A model generated the notes under the pieces. The model was not told the origin of the DNA and did no database searches. It worked only from the letters and a program-made list of their open reading frames with translations. Both the position numbers and the translations under genes were made by a program. From Raja brachyura (taxonomy: Eukaryota), in contig OY740796.1 in assembly GCA_963514005.1 (NCBI GenBank), positions 9,672,001 to 9,736,000 on the forward strand: DNA of 64,000 nucleotides, in the 5' to 3' direction. This document shows positions 14,890-23,370 of the stretch, one piece after another. Each line of letters opens with the position of its first letter. The first letter of the stretch is position 1.

Positions 14890-14965
14890 AAATAAGGCTA
14901 TTAAATAAAACAAATGCTCAGAACAGTCTGGTTCTGAGCATTTGTTTTATTTAATAGCCTTATTT
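14890..14965. repeat. Perfect 35-bp inverted repeat with a 6-nt loop
   Basis: AAATAAGGCTATTAAATAAAACAAATGCTCAGAAC-agtctg-GTTCTGAGCATTTGTTTTATTTAATAGCCTTATTT. Confidence 0.97.
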
Positions 14966-16065
14966 CCATCTCAATTATTAGGAGAAGTGAATTAAAGTAA
15001 TGTAAGAGTGGGAACTATAATCCTTCAAAGTTTTCTGGATTTGACAACTATTGCATTAAATTGAATTGTTATTTATGTTGCTTTGCTATTTATCCAAGCA
15101 AACATAGACCAATGCAACCATCATTTATTGTCAGAAAATGATTGGAAGCTATGGTTAAGATCTAGCTCTGGGTAAGATGAACATCTAGAACATATTCAGA
15201 AAGAACCTGCATTGCTTTGAATAGGATGGCTCACACATGACAAAGTTGATTCGATTTTTGAAGAGGTTGGGAAAGTAACGGACTAGGAAATGTCCACAAA
15301 TGTTATTTACATTGACTTTTAGAAGACATTTCAGATCCGTTAGCTGGTTGAAGATCTAGGATCTGAAAGCAAATAGTTTACTTGATTTGGATGCAGGCTG
15401 TGTGCCAGGAGACTGGGAATAACGTATAATGGACTCAAATTGGCAGGACATTGCTGGTAGTGTCTAGAATGGATTTATTTTGGCATGCAAATGCTAACCA
15501 TATTCATAAATTACTTCCATGATGGTTTAGAAACACACAAATCCAATTTTCCTGATAACACAGAGAGAGATGGCAAAGAAAGCATGCAGATGGAAGCATT
15601 ATAAAATAAAGTAACTTTGATCCAATAAGCAAATGGAAAAACAGATTTTCACCATGGAAAATATATTATCGTCTGCTTCAGATCACAAATAAACCTTGGA
15701 ATACTTTCCAAATGATGAACAGTTAGAAACAATGAAAATACAATGTGATTGGGAGCCCAACATATAATGATGATAGATCATGAAAAAAGTGCAGAAAATA
15801 ACCAGAGGATAATGAAATGCTAGCCTGTGTGTCTGGAATAGAAGGGGAGACACTGCACAAAGCCTTAGTTAAATCACACATGAAGAACTGTAAGCAGTTC
15901 TGACATGGGAATTAATATTGAGTATAGAAGTTGGGAGGCCACGTTGCACATATAAAAGACATTGGTGAGGCCACATTTAGAGTACTGTTTAAGAAAGAAC
16001 TGCAGATGCTGGAAAAATCGAAGGTGGACAAAAATGCTGGAGGAATTCAGCGGATGGAGAGAAGG

Positions 16066-16173
16066 AATAGTAAGATTGAACGAGAACTTACCAGTTCGAA
16101 GGTTGATCTTTATTTCATGAGGAGTTGCGATGAGGGATTTCGTGAAGAACCCGCCAGCACGCATGCGCGACAT
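16066..16173 (-). repeat. DIRS 3' terminal repeat with extension
   Basis: TTCGTGAAGAACCCGCCAGCACGCATGCGCGACAT (16139-16173) is inverted at 20950-20984. The outer part pairs only with the ICR. Confidence 0.9.
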
Positions 16174-16288
16174 TCTTCAAAGTAGTGGTGTGGAATCACA
16201 GAAAACAACAACAGAAATGACTTGGCATAGTGAGATTGAAGAGACTCTAATTACCAGTTGATTATGATCGAGGGTTGGCAGCGGAGGG

Positions 16289-16401
16289 CACGAAATCCCT
16301 CATCGCAACTCCTCATGAAATAAAGATCAACCTTCGAACTGGTAAGTTCTCGTTCAATCTTACTATTTCATTTCGGAGTCACGTGAGTGACTTCGTGAAG
16401 A
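16289..16401 (-). repeat. DIRS internal complementary region (ICR)
   Basis: 16289-16367 is the exact reverse complement of 16066-16144 (79 bp). 16363-16401 is the exact reverse complement of 20975-21013 (39 bp). The two halves overlap at CTATT. Confidence 0.95.
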
Positions 16402-16544
16402 CTTCAAAGCTCTGTGATTCCACGCCCTGGACCACGTCCATGCTGTCACACACCACTTATGAGGATGGATAGGAGTAATCAACTTTCCAGACTGCTTGTA
16501 CTGAAAAACAAGAGCAACATTTGTTAACAACAAAAGAAAACCCC

Positions 16545-17508
16545 TCATTCGGGGACATCTCCATGTTCTTGACCTGCATTCAGCATGGCCTCCGCGAACT
16601 GTAGAGGAGCGGCAACAGATGTATTGTAGAACCGCTGGAAGGTGGCTTCGTTCGTCATCCTACTGTGGCAAGAATATGGTCCATGGGCACCTCCATGACC
16701 CTTGCCGCCGACGTTGATGCATGCCCTGGTGGAATGGGATTTGAAGACATTAGTGTCAACACGTGACTTACCCAAGACGATCCTGAGCCCCATGGATATA
16801 GTCTGGACCGTCACTCTATGGTGAGGTTTCTCCATTCCTTCAGTTTTCTCGTCACTTTCACATAGTGACGGATATGGGCGGCTAAACATAGCCTTGCATC
16901 AGCGGGGTATGCCAGGAACTTCAGCTGCAGCCCTGTGCACCCAGGTCTATGCTGCTTGAGTAGCTCGTCTATGACGAAGACTACTTCTGCAGGGGTAGAG
17001 ATCATCCTGTCGATCCGGATTTTGTGGAGTGTCTGTACCCTCTGCGCTGAAGTCAGTGCCAGTAACATCACCAGCTTCAGGGTGAGTTTGTCCAGCTCCA
17101 GGCCCTCCATGGGCGACCACGTCCTGAGCAGGGTGAGTATTTCCCCGATATCACAGGTGATATTATAGCGTTGTCTGGGCGGATTCGAATTGAATATTCC
17201 CCGCATGAGTCTGGACACCAGCCTGTTGGATCCTACCTTAATATTGAGGTAAAATGACAGCGCACTCCTGGCGGTGTTGATGGCACTGTAGCTCAGGTGT
17301 TCATCATGGTGCAACCCCGCCAGGAATTCCAATACCTCGGTTATGGTTACAGCGTTATCAGTAATTTGGGAGCGGCTGCAGTAAATTACCACTTCCGGAT
17401 GTGTGAGAGGTATTGCCGCCAGGTGGACTCCCGGCATGACGCTCCGATGGCATCCATGGTTCTAGATGATAGACCATACCGCAGTAATGGCCTGTTCAGA
17501 ACCTTCAT
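16545..17508 (-). pseudogene. DIRS tyrosine recombinase (frameshifted)
   Basis: Pieces in ORFs 17386-17700, 16811-17437 and 16545-16889: N-terminal STWRQYLSHIRKW and LSYSAINTARSALS, catalytic R in SAQRVQTL, HxxR in FKSHSTRA, catalytic Y in EATFQRFY. Several indels. Confidence 0.92.
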
Positions 17509-17510
17509 GG

Positions 17511-18980
17511 TTATCGGCGGTCCTTGATATGTTTGGCCGGAAGTGGAGGTGCTGGGTTGAGCTGATAATGCGGCGCCCGCATTACCCATGCTGGCCGCTG
17601 GGGCCCTAGTCCTAGAAGGCCTCGGTTGTTGAGGCTGCCGAAATTGAGGCGGAGCTGGAGCATAGGTCCTTGCATAGGTCTGGAGGCGGAGCTGGAGCAT
17701 AGGTCTAACGGCAGGGCCTCGTGGCCTGAAAATGGCACTTCCCTGGCCTGCTACCTGGTCGAGATATGTGACCGCATGAGTCCCACCGTCTTAGCGTGGT
17801 CATCCAGCTCCTAGACCCTCTTCGGGAGGTCTTCCCCGAACAACTGTCTGGGTGGCGGCGTAGGAGGTGCTTTGCATAACCCCCCAAATTTTGGGTTCAG
17901 GGTGGGTTTAATGACGCTCTTCCTGAAGGCGTTTATCTCATATTGTGGTACACAATAGAGCCAGAGCATCCTCCTGCTTGGTGCTCAAATCCTCCCCATC
18001 CACCGACCGCACAAACGCGGTAATCCCAGCAGTGAGCAGCTTCAGGATCCGCTGGAGCTTCATCTCCTGGGTCCTGATCCTTGGGCTGATGTTGCCCCAG
18101 ATTGGCGTATTGACTATGGGCACGTTGAGGGAGTTGCAGTTCGCTGGGCCTTGTATCTGTTTATGGCCTCTGATAGGACCTCCTCCTGGAGCTGATGATT
18201 GGTCAGGAAGTCCACGGTGGCAGCCAGTTTGGGGTTGAGGGGAAGTCCCATGGTCTCCGGAGAGGCAAATTTCGCCGCCACATCAAGGAGTTCTTCCGGC
18301 GGCACCTCCGATGGAACCGGTGTAGGGTCTGCAAATTCCTCCTCCTCTGGCTGCCGCAGGCTGGCTGTTGAGACTGGTGAAACCTCCCTGTGCCTTTTGA
18401 TGATGGATGCCTCCTGTCGTTGGTTGTGTAAAAGGAGCTCCAATAGCTGCTCCATACGGTCAATACGCCCTTCGCCCTGAACACTCGGGCGGTCGGAGTC
18501 CTCATGCTCTGATGTACTGCTGAGGCTCCTTTCATCGGCCCGCACCTCGTCGAGGTGAACCCGGTGCCGGAAGTTGTCGCTGCCAGCCGCCGCAGCAAAG
18601 CTGAGCGATTCCCGCGCGGGAGGTGTGTTCGAACGCCTTCGTTTGGCGGAGCCTAATGCCGCTGCCACGGAGGGCAAACGCGGCGGGGAGTCGGCACCCA
18701 ATGCCTCAGCACGGTGACCCGACGCCCACGCGGGCTTGCCGGCTGCCCACATCGTGGACCTTGCCGACGCATGGTCTCTTCCTCCCATCCATGGGGGACT
18801 CGGCGACCGTGGCGGGAGCTCCACCCGAGTGACTCTTTCACCATTAGCTCCATCCTGGCCACGCGACCGCTGCCGCTGCACATGGACAACAGGTCGACTT
18901 CCCCAGGCCCTGATGAGTCGCTGGGGCTTCTGCCAGTAGGTCACACCTCTACGAAGTGGCTGACAGGTACTCGTCAGCAC
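17511..18980 (-). pseudogene. gag: DIRS gag-like ORF1 (frameshifted)
   Basis: Manual read across frames gives P.NC.SL.VP.VN.PIW, EMKLQRILKLL, EINAFRKSVIKPTLNPKFGGLCK and LFGEDLPKRV, typical of DIRS1 ORF1. It ends at TAA 17513-17511. The start is uncertain. Confidence 0.8.
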
Positions 18981-19555
18981 CCGCTCCTGCGGGGCCGAAC
19001 GACTTCCGCACGGACAACCCGCTAGCCCAGTGTCTCTCGGACCTCAGCGGCCTCTCTACCTGACGAGCAGGCAGAGGAAAGGAGTCGGAACCGGTCCCCA
19101 ATACCGGCTCCGTGGTCCGTGCAGGCACACCGTCACTCTCACCCCGCGGGTCTGTGACGGCGCTTGGCTGGCTTTACCCGTAGCAACGGGATCGCCTAAC
19201 CGTATGCTGCTGCCACCGGTCTGCGCTCCGGCAGCCTGTTCCGGTGCAGTGCCGGTACCTCCTGCTCCCGCAGGCTGTACGACTTCTGCACGGACATACC
19301 GCTTGTCCGCCGTCGTTCGGACCTAAGTGGCACCTCTGCCTGATGGGAAGGCAGAGGGAAGGATCGGTACCGGTCCCCATTACCGGCTCCGCTGTCCGTG
19401 CAGGCCTGCTGTCACCCTTAACCACACGGGTCCGTGAGGGCGCATAGCCGGCTTTCCCGTAGCAACGGGGATGCCTGGCCGTAAACTGCTGCCACCGGTC
19501 TGCGCTCCGGCAGCCTGTTCCGGTGGAACACCGGTACCTCCTGCTCCTGCAGGGC
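18975..19555. repeat. ~280-bp tandem repeat (about 2 copies) inside the DIRS
   Basis: GGCAGAGGRAAGGA..ACCGGTCCCCA at ~19070 and ~19350. CTGCTGCCACCGGTCTGCGCTCCGGCAGCCTGTTCCGGTG at ~19208 and ~19487. Confidence 0.85.
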
Positions 19556-20152
19556 TCCCCAACTTCCAGCAGATCCATCACCGGCCCGCAATCTAGCAGG
19601 TTACCCCCGGTGGTATGTCGATGCCTCCTGCTGCAGCGGGGCATGACCTGTGCGCAGCTCTCCCCCTGCTCTGGTACCTGCATAGTAGGGGAAACAAACA
19701 AGCCGCCGAGCGGGTCACATGTTACGCACCTTAGCCCCACTGTCACTATGCTTAGGTGACAGTGGTAGGGAGTCAAGGCCTACCCTGCTCCCGCGCGGTG
19801 CTCCACCAATTTGTGGCCCCATGGTCAGCCGTGGTGGAGAGACGGGTCCTGGCTACGCAGGGCTCCCCGACCTCCGCGTTCTACTGGAATGGTGGCTGCT
19901 GATTTCCATCTGAAGTCGCACGGCCCTAGGAGACCTGCTGTGGTGCCTTCATTCTGGTCTCCATCCATCTGTAAGCAAACTCTCATACAGACGCTTAGCT
20001 ATTCAAGGTTAGTCTCTTACCTGAGGGTCTTTAAGAAGTATGGTGACCAGCCTCTCATGTTTTAATAACTTCTATGTGCTGGCAGTCTCAACTTCTTGAA
20101 GAAATGCATACCCTGGAGTGGCAAGGCACTTTAATGTAGACAGGCCACAGTA

Positions 20153-20662
20153 TCCCTGCAGCTGCAGTGTGGAGTCAGACTGCCTTTGTATGCAAGCCTG
20201 CTCCTTCCTAAATGCCAGCAACCCGCAGAGACCCCTGCGGGCTGCGGTGTAGAGTCGGGCTGCTGCCCATGGCAAGCACTGCAACCCTTACTCCACATGC
20301 ACACCGTCAGCCCGCAGTATCACCCCCGCGGGCTGTGGTGTAGAGTCGGGGCTGCCGCTCTGCCGCTCCTAACTTTGAACGGCGAGCCTGCAAGCCCCAC
20401 TCCTGCATGCACACCGTCAGCCCGTGGTGTCCCCCGCGGGCTGTGGTGGAAAGTCGGGGCTGCCGCACTGCCGTTGAACCTTTTGACGGCGAGCCGACAA
20501 GCCCCACTCCGCTGCATGCCGCCAGCCTGCGGCGTCCCCCGCGGGCTGTAGCGCAAAGTCGGGGCTGCCGGTCTTTTGACGGCGAGCCAGCAAGCCCCAC
20601 TCCTGTGCGTGCCGCCAGCCCGTGGCGTTCCCTGCGGGCTGCGGTGTGGAGTCGGGCACCCC
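20153..20662. repeat. ~80-107-bp GC-rich tandem array (about 6 units) in the DIRS leader
   Basis: Recurrent CCCYGCGGGCTGYGGTGTRGAGTCGGG at ~20154 (degenerate), 20232, 20324, 20431, 20537 and 20630. Confidence 0.85.
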
Positions 20663-20949
20663 CTCTGCCGTCCTCCGCCGGCGAGAGTGTGACCCTGGAC
20701 CCTCCTGGGTCAACGGGCTTCCCGACTCCAAAGTATTGGAGCCACCGGTGAATGCCGCAGCAGTCCGATCCGAGGCGGCCTCACAAAGTTCCTGGACTCC
20801 TTCCACGTTCCTGTTAGGAGAGAAAACAGTCCCCACAACAGGAAAACACCAACTCTAGGGGGCTTAGCCTTACCTGAGTCGGCCCTCTGAAGGGCTGGTG
20901 GGGAGCCGCGCCCCACCTCCAGCCGTCGGCAGCAATGCGATGCGACGAT

Positions 20950-21013
20950 ATGTCGCGCATGCGTGCTGGCGGGTTCTTCACGAAGTCACTCACGTGACTC
21001 CGAAATGAAATAG
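20950..21013 (-). repeat. DIRS 5' terminal repeat
   Basis: Inverted copy of 16139-16173, and its outer 39 bp are complementary to the ICR. Confidence 0.9.
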
Positions 21014-23189
21014 ACAACATTTCGGGTTGAGACCCTTCTTCATACTGATGTCGGGGGGGCGGGAAAAAGAAAGGAAGAGGCAGAGACGGTAGGCTTGTGG
21101 AAGAGCTGGGAATGGGGAAGAAACCAAGGACTATCTGAAATTAGAGAAGTCAATGTTCAAACCACTGGGGTGTAAACTACCCATGCAAAATATGAGGTGT
21201 TGTTCCTCCAATTTGCGCTGGGCCTCATGGAGGCCTAGGTCAGAAAGGTTAGATTCGGAATGGGAAGGGGAGTTCAAGTGCTGAGCTGAAGTGCTGAAGT
21301 ATTGTGTTCAGTTTTGGGAACAATGATAAAGGAAAGATGTTGTCAAGATGGAAAGGATGCAGAGAAGATTTATGAGGATGTTGCCAGGACTTGAGCGTCT
21401 GAGCTTTCAGGATAGGTTGAGTAGACTAGGAGCGCAAGAGGATGAGTTTAGATGTATTCAAAACCATGAGAGGAATAGATTGGGTAAATACACAGAGTCT
21501 CTTGCCCAGAGTATGGGAATTGTGAACCAGAGGACATAGGTTTAAGGTGAAGGGAGGGGAAGATTTATTAGGAACCTGAGGAGTAACATTTTTATACACA
21601 AAGGGTGGGGGGCGGTGTATGGAACAAGGCATCGGAGGAGGTAGTTGAAGCAGGTGCTATCACAATGTTTAAGAAACATTTAGATCCGCACATGGATAGC
21701 ATAGGTTTAGAGGGATATGGGCCAAATGCAGGCAGATGGGACTAGTGTAGATGGGCCATGTTGGTTGGTGTGGGCAAGTTGGGCCAAAGGGCCTGCTTCT
21801 ACACTGTATAACTCTACGACTGTGAGAAAAGATGGATAATACAGCTTTAAAGTGTAGATTTATTTGAATGATACTTGGATGCTCGTGGTTAAATTACACA
21901 CTGGGTTTTTATTCCCAAAATACAGATAACAACTGGTTAATCGAATCAAATTTCCAGATGTCATGGAAAAATGATAGAGCAATTAGGCATAAGCAATTAC
22001 TGCCAGTTGGAGAATCTAAAACTGGGGGCTGAGACTATAACTTGGCATTAGGAAATACTTCTAGATGTTTGTTCACTGCAACTTTAAATACAGAAGTTTG
22101 GAACAATCCTCAGCATATAGGTTAATGCATCCAAAAACAGAAAACTACAGATGTGGCAAATTGGAATAACACAGAATATTCCAGAAATACTCAGCATTTC
22201 AGGTTGAACATTTATAGAGAAAGGAAATGAACCACAGGTCCATGAGTGGCCAAGGGCAATCATTGCCATCCAATGGGGGCAACATGGTTTGCTATGGTAT
22301 TCACAAGGGCATTATTATTGGGGCATTAGTTGCAGGTTCATGTACGTTTCATTTGAGAGTATTATCAATGATACCTGGGACTCTGCTGATGTCTCACGTC
22401 AGATAGATCGGGTAGTCGTCCAATTGATTACCTTTCTTTATTTTTGTTCCGACATATCTCGGCAATTTTTCATTTTGTCTTGGAGATCCCACTGCTGACT
22501 AAAGGTGCAGCATGTTCTGGAATGCAAGTCTTTAGTTCTACAATCAAGATGCCAAGACATTGCCTTGCCCACCGTCTTTATGATCTCCAGAGCTCCAGAC
22601 TGTTTTTGAATCAAATTGATTGAAGCCTGATTTCTGTGACAGTGGTGATCTCAGGTGGAAACGGATGCTTGATGCATAATGTTGTTAAATAAGATGTGGA
22701 TCCAGTAATGCGCGGTGACAAAAGGTTTTCAAGTCAGGATCCTGCACAACTTGGAGGAAACCAACACGTGGGGATGTTCCATTTGTCCATTGCCCTTGCC
22801 CTTCTTGGCGGTAGAGGCCATGGTGTCAGACTAGCCCAAGCATGGAACTGCCATGCATGACTTCTAGAGGAATATTTTTAAGAATGCTTCAGTCTTTTAT
22901 GGCCCTACCATCATTGAGATGCATGCTAGTAACTGAACTATGCATTGCTTTAAATTGCCAACAAAAAGCAGACTGATATAATCTCAGTCTGTATCACTTG
23001 CTCTTTGGAATACCAATGCACCTCATGATGCAAATTCTTAATGGCTTTGGCACGATGTAGGCGAAGGCAGTGTAAGCAAAGAGATAACTTCAATGCAAGA
23101 AAAGCAATCCAGAGATGCAAATTCAAAGCACAGCTGTGGGTTGATAATGTGGAATTAAAAAATGCCAGGCATAAGACATACAAACTCAA

Positions 23190-23370
23190 TACATCACAAA
23201 GCACTTTACAGCCAGTGAAATACTTGTTGATGTTGAGTTCACAATTGCAACTGCTGTCATGTAGAAATGTACGGTCAAACTCCACACATCCGAGTCCCAC
23301 AATCACCAATGTGATAACAACCAGATAATCTGTTATTTTAAGTGATATTGATTAAGGGATAGATATTAAC
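23190..23370 (-). mobile_element. Deu-domain SINE fragment
   Basis: CAAAGCACTTTACAGCCAGTGAAATACTT..CCCACAATCACCAATGTGATAACAACCAGATAATCTGTT. Confidence 0.6.

Larger units (their letters stand above)
16066..21013 (-). mobile_element. DIRS1-group tyrosine-recombinase retrotransposon, non-autonomous (no RT/RNase H/MT)
   Basis: Inverted repeat 16139-16173 vs 20950-20984. ICR 16289-16401 is complementary to both termini. Gag-like and YR ORF remnants on the minus strand. AATAG at both ends. GC-rich island in an AT-rich background. Confidence 0.95.
15991..21290 (-). mobile_element. Penelope-like element 3' fragment split by the DIRS insertion (15991-16070 and 21009-21290)
   Basis: 21130-21280 (minus) encodes the degenerate GIY-YIG C-terminus (KLEEQHLIF). 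The flanks rejoin as GGAGAGAAGGAATAG|ACAACATTTCGGGTTGAGACCCTTCTT, matching the family terminus seen at ~27470 and ~49400. Confidence 0.8.
15200..21822 (+). mobile_element. CR1 LINE fragments (15200-15990 and 21295-21822) interrupted by the Penelope/DIRS insertions
   Basis: Degenerate FFEEV..VIYIDF.K.F at ~15250-15330. EYRSWE..LVRPHLEYC ends at 15990 and resumes as YCVQFW..KDVVKMERMQRRFMRMLPGL at ~21298, followed by a CR1 3' UTR. More than one CR1 copy may be involved. Confidence 0.75.

Noticed and set aside
16545-17508. Phage integrase or Crypton interpretation of the YR
   Set aside because: An adjacent DIRS-type gag, inverted termini and ICR identify it as DIRS1-group.
20153-20662. Repeat-spacer look of the ~100-bp array (CRISPR-like)
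   Set aside because: The inter-repeat segments are homologous to each other, the context is eukaryotic and there are no cas genes.
18199-20916. Many overlapping GC-rich ORFs on both strands
   Set aside because: Expected from the high-GC tandem arrays and antisense frames of the DIRS element. No recognisable domains.
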